Assembly (NCBI GenBank): GCA_913055675.1
Contig: CAJXKY010000009.1
Span: forward strand, 47 to 64,046
Direction of reading: 5' to 3'
Length of the DNA: 64,000 nt
DNA from: an uncultured Halanaerobiales bacterium
Lineage (GTDB): Bacteria > Bacillota > Halanaerobiia > Halanaerobiales > M55B127
How positions within the stretch are numbered: the first letter of the stretch is position 1; each line of letters begins with the position of its first letter. The position numbers and the translations under genes were made by a program. Of the stretch, positions 49,063-59,228 are shown one piece after another. Below the pieces are notes generated by a model. That model was not told where the DNA came from. It saw only the letters and a list, made by a program, of their open reading frames with translations, and searched no databases.

Positions 49063-50307
49063 TTACATTTCCTTATTGAATAATTCGGGAGAATAAATAC
49101 TTTTAACTTTCATTAAATTAAGGATAATAAAAGGAATAAATGCAGAAAGAATTAGTGGAAGTATAGAGTTAGGTAAATAAAACAACTCAAGAACTAAAAT
49201 AATACTCGCAATCGGGGTTTTTATTAAACCTGCCAAAATACCTACTAAACCACAAAGTGCTAAAAAGATTGGATTAATCGCAAAAGCTGGCCAAAAGATT
49301 AAACCAATTTTTCCAACAAGGAAGCCGGATAATAAACCAGTTAAAATCATTGGAGCAAACAAACCACCTGATCCTCCCGAACCAATCGATAAACTTGTTG
49401 CTATAATTTTTAAAAATAAGATAACTGTTAAGATAATGATAGGAACCTCAAATTTATTAAAGTTAGAAATAATATTACTTCCTGTTCCCATGATTTCAAT
49501 ATAAAAATAACCAATTGTTCCAACTAATAAACCACCCAAAGCAGGTCTAAAATACAATGGAATATCAAGTTTAAAAAAAATATTTTCACTTATTACTAAT
49601 GTATTTATAAATAACCAACCTACTATCGAAATCAAAAATGTGAAAACAATTAAGAAAATGTACTGATTTCTTCCCATACTTTGGATTGCAATATCTAAGT
49701 TGAAAAAGTATTTATAATTTGGATTAATTGTATTCATTACAATTAAGCTCGAAAAGGATGCTAATACTGTATATAATATATTCTTAAGAGACCATTTTTT
49801 ATGTATTACTTCTAATGAGAATATGGTAGCCGCAAATGGTGCCATAAAAACAGCGGAAAAACCTGCAGCAGTTGCACTTCCTATAAGTATTTGATAATCT
49901 TTTAATTCAAAATTTAAATATCGACCAATAATATCTGAAATACCTGTAGTTAATTCAATGATAGGCCCTACTAGACCTACAGAACCACCTGAAATTACAG
50001 TAAAAGTAGTTGCTAATCCTTCATAATGTAAGTCCTTTTTGGTCAATCCTTTTTTATTCGATTTAATCGAAGAGATAAGTAATGGTATACCATGTCCTTT
50101 AGCAGTTAGTGTTCCATATTTTAATAATAAACCTACAATTAAACCTCCGATAGCAGGAATAAATATCATCATTAGATTATTAGAAAAATGATTTATAACG
50201 TTTAGTGAAATTTGATCAACTAATAATAAAAATATATGTGTTAACAAAGCTGCCGGTAAACCTAAAAGTATTATTACTAAAAATAAAATTATATTTTTCT
50301 TATTCAT
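49063..50307 (-). CDS. ClC-family chloride channel/transporter (no CBS domains)
   Basis: GHGIP, GLVGP, GGLFAP and C-terminal SIY motifs. Confidence 0.88.
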   Translation of the reverse strand: MNKKNIILFLVIILLGLPAALLTHIFLLLVDQISLNVINHFSNNLMMIFIPAIGGLIVGLLLKYGTLTAKGHGIPLLISSIKSNKKGLTKKDLHYEGLATTFTVISGGSVGLVGPIIELTTGISDIIGRYLNFELKDYQILIGSATAAGFSAVFMAPFAATIFSLEVIHKKWSLKNILYTVLASFSSLIVMNTINPNYKYFFNLDIAIQSMGRNQYIFLIVFTFLISIVGWLFINTLVISENIFFKLDIPLYFRPALGGLLVGTIGYFYIEIMGTGSNIISNFNKFEVPIIILTVILFLKIIATSLSIGSGGSGGLFAPMILTGLLSGFLVGKIGLIFWPAFAINPIFLALCGLVGILAGLIKTPIASIILVLELFYLPNSILPLILSAFIPFIILNLMKVKSIYSPELFNKEM

Positions 50308-50509
50308 TTTAAATACCCCATGTTTTTAATTGTTAGTTATATTATGATTTAATAAAATTCAAATATTTTTTAAGAGCTGATATATTATTTCTATTTTATA
50401 AATTAAAGATTATATACAATATTCCTTTTAAATAAAATAATTATGTAATGTTATTTTGCATATATAAATACTAATACTTTTGTTTATTTTAAAAAATTAG
50501 TAATAACAG

Positions 50510-50842
50510 CTTATTTTTTAACCACTTTTTTCTAAACATAATAAAAAGAAAACCTATAGCAACCTGTACTATAGATAAAAACAATAAACTATAAATATAT
50601 TTTAGGCATTAAAAAAAAAGCAAAATTATACTCACTAAAATGTATGACAAACCGCTATATAATGGTTTTTTCCAAAAGAAGAATAAAATTATTAATAGAA
50701 TAGCGAATGGAATGAGTTGGATTAGAAAACCTCCAATTTGTTGAAATAATAAAGCTTCGATAGAAAAACATCAAATGCAAAAAGCGATAAGATAAATATA
50801 AAAATCAGGCTTAAGATTCGGGGTATCCAAATTTTTTCTCAT
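50510..50842 (-). pseudogene. Frameshifted small membrane protein gene
   Basis: ATG 50842 with SD GAGGG. Fragments WIPRILSLIFIFILSLFAFDVF / QQIGGFLIQLIP...WKKPL / IGFLF lie in different frames, shifting at homopolymer runs. Confidence 0.6.
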
Positions 50843-50901
50843 TTCTTATCCCTCTCTTCTTTTTTAATTGAATAAAGGATATATTTTAATAGGGTAAATA
50901 T

Positions 50902-50931
50902 AATCCCACAATTTTTTAAAACTGCGGGATT
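50902..50931 (-). terminator. Terminator after parE-like gene
   Basis: AATCCCACA...TGCGGGATT hairpin. Confidence 0.55.
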
Positions 50932-50938
50932 GTTGTAT

Positions 50939-52846
50939 TTAAATATCGATTTCTGTTGCTAAATCAGCATTTTTGAAAATAAATTTCTTTCTTAGCTTAG
51001 AATTAGATCCCATTAATTTTGTAAATACATCATCTGCTTCAATTTCATCATTAATTTCAACTTTTTGAAGTTTCCTTGTTTCAGGGGACATTGTAGTTTC
51101 CCACAACTGATCTGCATTCATTTCACCAAGACCTTTATATCTTTGAATACTAAAATTACCAGCCCCATGTTCTTTTCTGTATTCTTCTAACCCTTGTTCA
51201 TTAAAAATATACTGACTGTTTTTTCGATATGTTACTTTATATAGGGGTGGTCTTGCTAAATAAACATGCCCTTCTTCAATTAATTCTTGCATGTAACGGT
51301 AAAATAGAGTTAAAATTAATGTAGATATATGGGCACCATCTATGTCGGCATCAGTCATTATAATTATTTTTTCATATCTTAAATTACTTAAATCAAAATC
51401 TTCACCTACGCTTGTACCAAGTGCTGTAATTATAGAAGCTACCTCAGTATTGTTTAAAATCTTATCAAGACGTGCTCTTTCTACATTAAGTATTTTCCCT
51501 TTCAATGGCAGAATAGCCTGATTATGACGGTTTCTAGCTTGTTTAGCCGATCCACCAGCTGAGTCTCCCTCAACAATAAATATTTCACTGTTTTCAGCTT
51601 TCTTGCTAGCACAATCTGCTAATTTGCCGGGTAGAGAACTTGAAGAAAGAACTGATTTTCTTTTTGTTAATTCACGAGCTTTTTTAGAGGCTTGCCTTGC
51701 TCTTACTGATTTAAGTGCTTTATTTACAACTGCTTTACCTAATTCAGGGTTTGTATCTAAATAAAGACTTAAATAGTCATAGGCACTTTTTTCTACGATA
51801 CTTCTTAATTCACTATTCCCTAATTTTGATTTAGTCTGTCCTTCAAACTGTGGGTTAGGGAGTTTTACATTAATTACGCCGGTGATACCTTCCCTTACAT
51901 CATGTCCGCTTAGACCATTAACACTTTTAGGTAATAAATTATTCTTTTTTGCAAAATTATTGACAGCTTTTGTTAAAGCTGACTTAAAACCGGTTAAATG
52001 ATATCCACCATCAACAGTATTTATATTATTGGCATAAGAAAATATTCTTTCTGAGTATCCTTGATTGTATTGTATTGCAAATTCTAATTCATATTCATCT
52101 ATTGTATCCTGATTATATATAATTTCTTGATGTAAAAGATCTCTATTTTGGTTAAGATATTCTATAAATGCTTTAATACCACCATCATATTGATAGGTTT
52201 CTTTTTTATCATTTCTTTCATCTTCTAAAACTAAAGTCAAATCTTTATTTAAATATGCCGATTGTTTAAATCTATGTGCTAAAGTTTCAAACTTGAATTT
52301 AGTTGTATCAAAAATTTCACTATCCGGTTTAAATGTAATAACAGTACCGGATTTATCGGTTTTTCCTTCTTTTGAAAGATTATTGACTGGTAATCCTTTT
52401 TTATAGGTCTGAGTATATTTACGACCTTCCCAGTGGGTTTCAATTACTAATTTTTCAGATAAAGCATTTACAACTGAAACACCTACTCCGTGTAATCCAC
52501 CAGCTACTTTGTAACTATTATTATTAAATTTACCGCCAGCATGAAGTGTAGTTAAAACTATCTCTACAGCGGGACGACCTGTATCTTTATGTACATCTGC
52601 GGGAATACCTCTTCCCCAGTCTTCAACACTTACGCTGTTATCTTCATGAACGGTAATCTTAATTTTATCACCAAAATCTGCTAGAAATTCATCGATACTA
52701 TTATCAACTACTTCCCATACAAGATGGTGTAGTCCTTTAATACCGGTTGATCCGATATACATTCCTGGTCTTTTTCGAACTGCTTCTAAACCTTCTAGTA
52801 CTTCAATTTTGTCTGCACTATATCTGTCTTTGTCAAATAAGTCCAC
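50939..52846 (-). CDS. parE: Type IIA topoisomerase B subunit (probably topo IV ParE)
   Basis: LEGLEAVRKRPGMYIGS, GGLHGVG, VEGDSAGG, PLKGK, DADIDG and RYKGLGEM motifs. Partner lacks a GyrA-box and the pair is far from the oriC-linked gyrBA context. Confidence 0.8.
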   Translation of the reverse strand: MDLFDKDRYSADKIEVLEGLEAVRKRPGMYIGSTGIKGLHHLVWEVVDNSIDEFLADFGDKIKITVHEDNSVSVEDWGRGIPADVHKDTGRPAVEIVLTTLHAGGKFNNNSYKVAGGLHGVGVSVVNALSEKLVIETHWEGRKYTQTYKKGLPVNNLSKEGKTDKSGTVITFKPDSEIFDTTKFKFETLAHRFKQSAYLNKDLTLVLEDERNDKKETYQYDGGIKAFIEYLNQNRDLLHQEIIYNQDTIDEYELEFAIQYNQGYSERIFSYANNINTVDGGYHLTGFKSALTKAVNNFAKKNNLLPKSVNGLSGHDVREGITGVINVKLPNPQFEGQTKSKLGNSELRSIVEKSAYDYLSLYLDTNPELGKAVVNKALKSVRARQASKKARELTKRKSVLSSSSLPGKLADCASKKAENSEIFIVEGDSAGGSAKQARNRHNQAILPLKGKILNVERARLDKILNNTEVASIITALGTSVGEDFDLSNLRYEKIIIMTDADIDGAHISTLILTLFYRYMQELIEEGHVYLARPPLYKVTYRKNSQYIFNEQGLEEYRKEHGAGNFSIQRYKGLGEMNADQLWETTMSPETRKLQKVEINDEIEADDVFTKLMGSNSKLRKKFIFKNADLATEIDI

Positions 52847-53035
52847 TTAACATCCACCCTTTCTTATTGTAACCATTATTATTATAACAAACAGTAGGAG
52901 TATTTGCCACCTATTCTTGCAATAATATGACTACATGGTATAATATCAAATAGAAAACAAATTGTGAAATATATTTTTAAAATCGAATTTATTTAATTAT
53001 TATTATTTATACTATACTTTTGAAAGGGGTATATT

Positions 53036-55435
53036 ATGTCTGAAAAAATTTCCTCTATTGCGATCGAAGAAAAAATGAAAGAAGCTTATTTAAACTATTC
53101 ATTGAGTGTTATTGTTTCTCGTGCTCTGCCCGATGTTAGAGATGGTTTAAAACCGGTACATAGAAGGATTCTCTATGCTGCAAAAGAATTAGGATTAACT
53201 TTTGATAAGGACCACAAAAAATCTGCAAGAATTGTTGGTGAAGTATTAGGTAAATACCATCCTCACGGAGATCAAACAGTTTATAATGCAATGGTCAGAA
53301 TGGCCCAGGATTTCAATCAAAGGTATCCTCTAGTTGACGGACACGGTAATTTTGGTTCTGTGGACGGAGATTCACCAGCAGCAATGAGATATACTGAAGC
53401 AAAATTAACCGAACTATCAGACTATCTTTTAAAAGATATTGAAAAAGAAACAGTTAGTTTTAGTGAAAATTTTGATGGTAATTTAAAAGAACCTGATGTT
53501 GTTCCTTCCCGAGTTCCAAATCTTTTAATTAATGGTTCGAGTGGAATTGCAGTCGGGATGAGTACCGATATTCCTCCTCATAATTTAAATGAAGTTGCTG
53601 ATGCTATTATTGCTTTAGTTAAAGATCCAGAACTTTCAATTGACGAAATTATTGATAATCATATATCTGGTCCAGATTTCCCTACTGGTGGGACAATTGT
53701 TGGAAATGAAGGTATTAAAGAAGCATATAAAAAAGGTAAAGGCAAACTTAATGTAAGAGGAAAAACTAAAGTTGAAAATGTCGGTCGACATAAACAACTA
53801 GTTATCACAGAAATACCTTACCAGGTTAATAAATCTAAATTAATTGAAGAAATAGCTAAATATATTAGTAAAGGAAAATTGGAAGAAATAAGGGATTTAC
53901 GCGATGAAACCGATAAAGAAGGGTTACGTATTGTTGTCGAATTGAAACAAGGTGCAGACGTTAATATAGTTCTTAACAGACTATATAAATACACCCGTCT
54001 TCAAAATAGTTATAGAATTAATCTATTAGCCCTAATTGATAATAAACCTGAGGTTATGAGTCTTTTAAAAATCTTGAAGTACTTTATTCGTTTCAGAAAA
54101 AAAGTAATTACCAAAAGAGCTAAATATGAACTTGAACAATTACAATCAAGATTTCATCTTTTAAAAGGTCTAATGAAAGCAATTGACAAATTAGATTTAG
54201 TGATCTCTATAATAAGGAATTCCGAGTCTACAAATGAAGCACATAAAAAATTGGTAGATGAACTAGATATTACCGATGAGCAAGCGAAAGCAATTTTAAA
54301 TATGCAGCTTAGAAGATTGGTCGGAATGGAAATTGAAAAACTCGAAGCTGAAGTTAGTGAATTGAAAGAAAATATAAAGGACCTAAAACAAATATTAGGT
54401 AGTGAAAAGGAATTAAATCAGGTAATTATAGATGAACTCAAGGAAGTAAAAGAAAAATTTGGGGATGAAAGAAGAACTGAAATTATAAGTGATAAAAATA
54501 AAGCAGTAATTACTAAAGAGGATTTAATTAAAGAAAAAGAAGCTGTTATTTCTTATTCATTAAGACAGAACATTAAAAGAAATTCAGATGAAAGCAATAT
54601 GCGTTCTTCTAAAAATGATTATCTCTTAGAGTTAATGAAAGGTAGTTCTTATGATAAGCTACTGTTCTTTACTGAAGGCGGTAAAGTCTACACGTTATCG
54701 ATCCATGATATTGAGGAACATCACGGTTTATCTACTGGAGAACCGCTTAATAAGTATTTAAGAATACCAATGGATGAAACTATTGTAAAAGTGTTATGTT
54801 TAAATGATGATCTTAAAGAAGAATATATAGATATATTAACTGAACAAGGAAAAGTTAAAAGAACGATTGGAGAAGAATATGATTCCAATTATTCTTCTAT
54901 AAATGCAATTAAGTTAGCGGATGGAGATAAAGTAATAGATGTAATTGAAAGTCAGGGAGGTAATGATTTAATTATTGGAACTGATAATGGAAAAACAATA
55001 AGATTTGAAGAGGATTCAGTCAGTAGTACAGGACGTTATACGATGGGAAGTTCTGGTATAAAACTAGATGAAAATAAAGCAATTTTTATGGATAAAGCAG
55101 ATAATTATGATTACTTAGTATCCATTTCATCTGACGGAAAATCTAACAAAATTGCAGTAGATAACTTTACTAAACAAAATAGAAATGGTAAGGGTAGAAA
55201 TACATCAAAATCTGGTAATTATGAGATGTATTCAATGTTCTTAGCTGATAAAGAGGATAAATTGTTACTTGTTACTGAAGAAAATAAAATGATAGAATTA
55301 GAAGTAAGTGATGTCTCTGAAACCCAAATGCCGGGTTATATGTATAAAATCAAAGAATATGATGATTCTGATAATATTAAAAATGTATATAAACTACCTA
55401 AAATAGAAACTAAAAAAGAAGAACTTGAAAAGTAA
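53036..55435 (+). CDS. parC: Type IIA topoisomerase A subunit (probably topo IV ParC)
   Basis: [17 protein letters not shown] and AAMRYTE (catalytic Tyr). First CTD blade lacks the QxRGGKG GyrA-box. Confidence 0.8.
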   Translation: MSEKISSIAIEEKMKEAYLNYSLSVIVSRALPDVRDGLKPVHRRILYAAKELGLTFDKDHKKSARIVGEVLGKYHPHGDQTVYNAMVRMAQDFNQRYPLVDGHGNFGSVDGDSPAAMRYTEAKLTELSDYLLKDIEKETVSFSENFDGNLKEPDVVPSRVPNLLINGSSGIAVGMSTDIPPHNLNEVADAIIALVKDPELSIDEIIDNHISGPDFPTGGTIVGNEGIKEAYKKGKGKLNVRGKTKVENVGRHKQLVITEIPYQVNKSKLIEEIAKYISKGKLEEIRDLRDETDKEGLRIVVELKQGADVNIVLNRLYKYTRLQNSYRINLLALIDNKPEVMSLLKILKYFIRFRKKVITKRAKYELEQLQSRFHLLKGLMKAIDKLDLVISIIRNSESTNEAHKKLVDELDITDEQAKAILNMQLRRLVGMEIEKLEAEVSELKENIKDLKQILGSEKELNQVIIDELKEVKEKFGDERRTEIISDKNKAVITKEDLIKEKEAVISYSLRQNIKRNSDESNMRSSKNDYLLELMKGSSYDKLLFFTEGGKVYTLSIHDIEEHHGLSTGEPLNKYLRIPMDETIVKVLCLNDDLKEEYIDILTEQGKVKRTIGEEYDSNYSSINAIKLADGDKVIDVIESQGGNDLIIGTDNGKTIRFEEDSVSSTGRYTMGSSGIKLDENKAIFMDKADNYDYLVSISSDGKSNKIAVDNFTKQNRNGKGRNTSKSGNYEMYSMFLADKEDKLLLVTEENKMIELEVSDVSETQMPGYMYKIKEYDDSDNIKNVYKLPKIETKKEELEK

Positions 55436-55456
55436 AATAGACAAAATAATAATAGG

Positions 55457-55493
55457 GAGGAATATACCTTTAGAAGGTGTATTCCTCTTTTTT
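55457..55493. terminator. Terminator between convergent genes
   Basis: GAGGAATATACCTT-TAG-AAGGTGTATTCCTC followed by T-run. Confidence 0.8.
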
Positions 55494-55699
55494 TAATTAT
55501 CAGTTGATTTTTCATAGAGAAAAATATCTTCAATTTTAACATCAAAATATGTGGCTAATTTAAAGGCTAATGTTAAAGATGGTTCATATCTTTCCTTTTC
55601 TATTGAGATTATAGTTTGACGAGTTACGTCAACTTCTTCAGCTAATTCTTTTTGTGTTAAATCATACCTTGCTCGGAATACCTTCAGATTGTTTGTCAT
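55493..55699 (-). CDS. Small XRE-family HTH regulator
   Basis: LTQKELAEEVDVTRQTIISIEKERYEPSL; ATG 55699. Confidence 0.9.
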   Translation of the reverse strand: MTNNLKVFRARYDLTQKELAEEVDVTRQTIISIEKERYEPSLTLAFKLATYFDVKIEDIFLYEKSTDN

Positions 55700-55709
55700 C
55701 GAAACCCAC

Positions 55710-56090
55710 CTACATTTTTCTTTCAAGATAGGCAAAAAATATTATATATAAAATAAGAATAAACGAAATACTGGTTAGGATAGTGTGAGAGATTATCATT
55801 TGTATCTCTCCACCCGCTATGTATAACCAAAGCCCTATTACTGTACCAAGTAATGAATAGATCACGACAGCATTTCTCATAGCTTTTCTTCCAATTGTTT
55901 TATCCCTTTCGTCTTCAATTACCTCTTCTACTTGAGTCTTAGACCACATTATAAAAGGTACACCTATTCCTACTACAACAAGAGGGATTATTAAACCTCC
56001 AATAAAAATACTAAATCCAAACGAAGCACCTACTATTATAGGAAACATCTTTCCTATTTTTTCATATGTTTCTTTTTTCAAATTGATCAC
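55710..56090 (-). CDS. DUF2178-like membrane protein
   Basis: Four TM segments with central EDERD motif; typical partner of a small XRE HTH. Confidence 0.7.
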   Translation of the reverse strand: MINLKKETYEKIGKMFPIIVGASFGFSIFIGGLIIPLVVVGIGVPFIMWSKTQVEEVIEDERDKTIGRKAMRNAVVIYSLLGTVIGLWLYIAGGEIQMIISHTILTSISFILILYIIFFAYLERKM

Positions 56091-56205
56091 TCTCTTCCTC
56101 TTAAATTTTATTAGTAAATATTTTAAAAAGATTAAATATAATATTTACTATATATATTGTAAAGCAAAATTTACTTAATGTCAATTAAACTTTACATATT
56201 AATTA

Positions 56206-56231
56206 AAAAAAGGGGGCAATGCCCCCTTTTT
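56206..56231. terminator. Intrinsic terminator after alkaline phosphatase
   Basis: AAAAAGGGGGCA-ATGCCCCCTTTTT. Confidence 0.85.
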
Positions 56232-56254
56232 AGTTTTATTGTATCTATAGAAAA

Positions 56255-57607
56255 TTAATTTCCAGGTTTAAATGCATCAAATAGTACCTGGTGAAATTCT
56301 GTATTATCTAATACATCGTTAAATTCATTAGATTCAGGACCAAAGGCAAAAATTGGTACTGAATTAAGTGTGTGTCCACCAGTTGAAGAGTCTGCTCTAA
56401 TATCAGCAGGTAAGACACCAGCACTATATTCTGATGCTATTACTGAACCAATTTCCCATCCAATCATATATTGATAGTACATATTCCCTTCATTGTTGAT
56501 TATTGATTGGTTAAATTCTTTTGCTTCTTTGTCAGTCATTTCAACATTAGCATATTCAGCAAATACATCTTTAATACTTTCTATTGTCATGCCAGGTTCG
56601 CCTTCTTTTTCTACCATCTGGCCTGCCATGTATTCAGGTGAAACTTCGATATTCATTAAAGCTTCTTTATTGATAGGCTCAGTAACTGAGAAGCCCATTG
56701 TTTCATGGTCTGCAACAACTACGACCATAGTATTTCCATTTTTCTTAGCCCAGTTAACTGCATATTCAACAGTTTCATCAAATTCTAGAGTTTCAGCAAC
56801 AACACCTGGAATGTCTGCAGCATGAGCGGCGTGGTCAATACGAGCCCCTTCACTCATTAAGAAGAAACCATTTTCATTACGGGAAAGAATATTGACAGCT
56901 TTTTTAGTCATTTCTTTTAAGGAAGGTTCTTTTGAATTTAAATCATCACGATCAAGTTTATAGTTCATATAGGAGTCATTGAACAGGCCTAATAATTTAT
57001 TATTTGAAGCCTGTGCATTTGCTAATTCATTTTGATTGGTTACATAATCATAACCCATGTCTTGTGCTTGAGCTACAACATCTTCTTCTTCAGTAAATTC
57101 ATCTGCTCCACCACCAAGGACTACATCTACATCATTATTTAAAATAGCTTTTGCAATTGCTACTTCATTGTCTCTGCTTTTAGCAGATACAGAAAATGCA
57201 GCTGGAGTTGCATCAGTTACTTTGTTTGTACTAATGATACCGGTAGATTTATTTAGAGTTTCTGCATAATCTAAAATAGAATCTAATTCAGCACCATTAG
57301 GTGACATACCTACCATACCATTTTTAGTTTTATGACCAGTAGCCATTGCGGTACCAGCTGCAGCTGAATCTGGAACACCTTGAGTAGAACTTGTCATCAT
57401 CATACCTATATTTGGTAACTGCATCAGTTCTAATTGACCATCTTTATCTTCTGACATGTATCTTGCCATATCGATTTGACCTTGTCCAAGACCATCACCA
57501 ATTAAGACGATCATATTTTTTACTTCTGCTTGTGCTCCTGCTGTTAAAGCAAGTGAAAATGTTAAAAATAATGTTAAGACTAGTAAGCCCTTCTTATTTT
57601 TTAGCAT
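56255..57607 (-). CDS. Secreted alkaline phosphatase (PhoA family)
   Basis: IGDG, DSAAAGTA (catalytic Ser), ATPA, EGARIDHAAH, ADHET and GHT motifs. Confidence 0.93.
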   Translation of the reverse strand: MLKNKKGLLVLTLFLTFSLALTAGAQAEVKNMIVLIGDGLGQGQIDMARYMSEDKDGQLELMQLPNIGMMMTSSTQGVPDSAAAGTAMATGHKTKNGMVGMSPNGAELDSILDYAETLNKSTGIISTNKVTDATPAAFSVSAKSRDNEVAIAKAILNNDVDVVLGGGADEFTEEEDVVAQAQDMGYDYVTNQNELANAQASNNKLLGLFNDSYMNYKLDRDDLNSKEPSLKEMTKKAVNILSRNENGFFLMSEGARIDHAAHAADIPGVVAETLEFDETVEYAVNWAKKNGNTMVVVVADHETMGFSVTEPINKEALMNIEVSPEYMAGQMVEKEGEPGMTIESIKDVFAEYANVEMTDKEAKEFNQSIINNEGNMYYQYMIGWEIGSVIASEYSAGVLPADIRADSSTGGHTLNSVPIFAFGPESNEFNDVLDNTEFHQVLFDAFKPGN

Positions 57608-57714
57608 AAATTTTTTCCTCCTTGAATTATTTTATTAATACTTCCAATATTATTTATTAAATAAAATCCAGTATTTTCCTCTTGTTAATTTACACAAATT
57701 TCTTTATTTAAAAA

Positions 57715-57756
57715 ATAAAAAGCATGTAAACTAAGTTATAGCTTACATGCTTTTAT
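57715..57756 (-). terminator. Terminator ending the exbB...hydrolase operon
   Basis: AAAAGCATGTAA...TTACATGCTTTT stem, with a U-tract on the minus strand. Confidence 0.75.
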
Positions 57757-57777
57757 GATCTATTCAATTTTATCGTT

Positions 57778-58398
57778 CTATTTTGCAAATATATGGTTTC
57801 CTATTCTAACAGTAACCTCATAACGATCGAAAGCTTCAGGATTTTCTGATTTATCAGGGTTAAAGAAGAACAAGGCACCTTGTGAAGGGTCTTCACCATT
57901 TATGGCTCTTCTTGCAGCTCTGTATGCACTTTGATTAGGAGCTAAGTTGATTTGTCCATTATTAACACTCATAAATTGATTAGATTGATATAAAACACCT
58001 TCAATTGTATTAGGAAATTTTGGACTTTCCATCCTATTAACTATAACTGCTCCCACTGCAACTTGTCCTTCAAAAGATTCTCCTCTAGCTTCTGCATGAA
58101 TTACTTTTGCCAAAAGTTCTACGTTTATAGAATCTATTTCAATATCATAATCTCTACTATTATTATTAAGATCAGTTGTATCAACTTCTGATTCTACTAA
58201 ATTATCATTATCAGTTGTTTCAAATAACATATATAGTACAAAGGCTATACCTAAACCTGTTATAAGGTCATTTTTTTCAAGACCGGCCGCCTCTGTTTTA
58301 GGAGTAAGAATTGGATTGGTAAAAACTACTGAGTTTATCATAACTGCAAATAGAATAATTAATAAGATAGAAGTTGATTTTATTAAAATACTTTTCAT
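57778..58398 (-). CDS. Cell wall hydrolase (SleB/CwlJ Hydrolase_2 family)
   Basis: LAKVIHAEARGE, VAVGAVIVNR, QF, GALFFFNP and IGNHIF motifs; N-terminal signal/TM. Confidence 0.9.
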   Translation of the reverse strand: MKSILIKSTSILLIILFAVMINSVVFTNPILTPKTEAAGLEKNDLITGLGIAFVLYMLFETTDNDNLVESEVDTTDLNNNSRDYDIEIDSINVELLAKVIHAEARGESFEGQVAVGAVIVNRMESPKFPNTIEGVLYQSNQFMSVNNGQINLAPNQSAYRAARRAINGEDPSQGALFFFNPDKSENPEAFDRYEVTVRIGNHIFAK

Positions 58399-58399
58399 A

Positions 58400-59221
58400 T
58401 TAGCTACCCAGTAATAGTGCTAGTAGAACTGCAGCACCTAAATATAATGTAGTTTGGTTTCCTTTAAGTTGACCTTCTTCTTCCTCACTTGTTAATTGAG
58501 TAAGTTGATCATTATTTTCATTTACATTTTGCTGCAATTCTTGTAATCTGCCTTGTAAGGTATTAACTTTAGATTCTAAAGCAGAATTTCTATCTTTCAA
58601 TTCCTGAATATCAGTTCCCTGTAATTCAGTTCTTAATTCTTCTATTTTTTGGTCTTTCTCAGTTAATTTTTGATTTGTAGTAGATAAATCTTCTTCTAAG
58701 GTTTTAACTTTATTACCTAATTCATCTACTCTATTATTTAATTCACTAAGAGTTGCAATTTCATCAAGTATTTGTCTTACTTCTTCTTGTACACTTGAGA
58801 GTTTTTCGTTTGCTTTTCCAATTTCTTCATCTTGTATTACATTTTTTTTCTGAACTTGATTTAAATTTTTAGAAAAAGCATTTTGTTTGTTTGCTATATC
58901 AACTAATTCGTCTCTAAAATCTAAGGATAATTCTCTTAAAGTATCAACATCATCTTCACTCATTTCAGTATCACCAGCTGCTACATCGTTAAGCATTCTT
59001 GCTATAATTTCAGCAAGTTCATATCTGCTAACCTTATTTGTGCCTTTAAAAGTATCATCTTCATATAAGGATAAGTAACCTTTTTCGACTAATAAATTGA
59101 CACTATCGTACGCCCAATGGCTTTCTGGGACATCTTTTATTTCAGCACCTAGGGCAGAAAATGAAAACAGCATTGTAAATATCACAGTAATAACTATGAA
59201 ACTACTATTAAATCTTCTCAT
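58400..59221 (-). CDS. SLH + coiled-coil protein with C-terminal hydrophobic anchor (OmpM/Omp-alpha-like)
   Basis: Signal peptide; DVPESHWAY...TFKG...SRYELA SLH; long heptad repeat; C-terminal LYLGAAVLLALLLGS. Confidence 0.85.
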   Translation of the reverse strand: MRRFNSSFIVITVIFTMLFSFSALGAEIKDVPESHWAYDSVNLLVEKGYLSLYEDDTFKGTNKVSRYELAEIIARMLNDVAAGDTEMSEDDVDTLRELSLDFRDELVDIANKQNAFSKNLNQVQKKNVIQDEEIGKANEKLSSVQEEVRQILDEIATLSELNNRVDELGNKVKTLEEDLSTTNQKLTEKDQKIEELRTELQGTDIQELKDRNSALESKVNTLQGRLQELQQNVNENNDQLTQLTSEEEEGQLKGNQTTLYLGAAVLLALLLGS

Positions 59222-59228
59222 CTTAAAA

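Noticed and set aside
50308-50500. Fluoride riboswitch ahead of the ClC gene
   Set aside because: Leader is almost pure A/T with no crcB-motif core, and the protein lacks the CLC-F GNNLI/GREGT signatures.
57610-57712. Pho box upstream of alkaline phosphatase
   Set aside because: Only isolated TTAACA/TTTACA hexamers without convincing 11-nt periodic repeats in AT-rich DNA.
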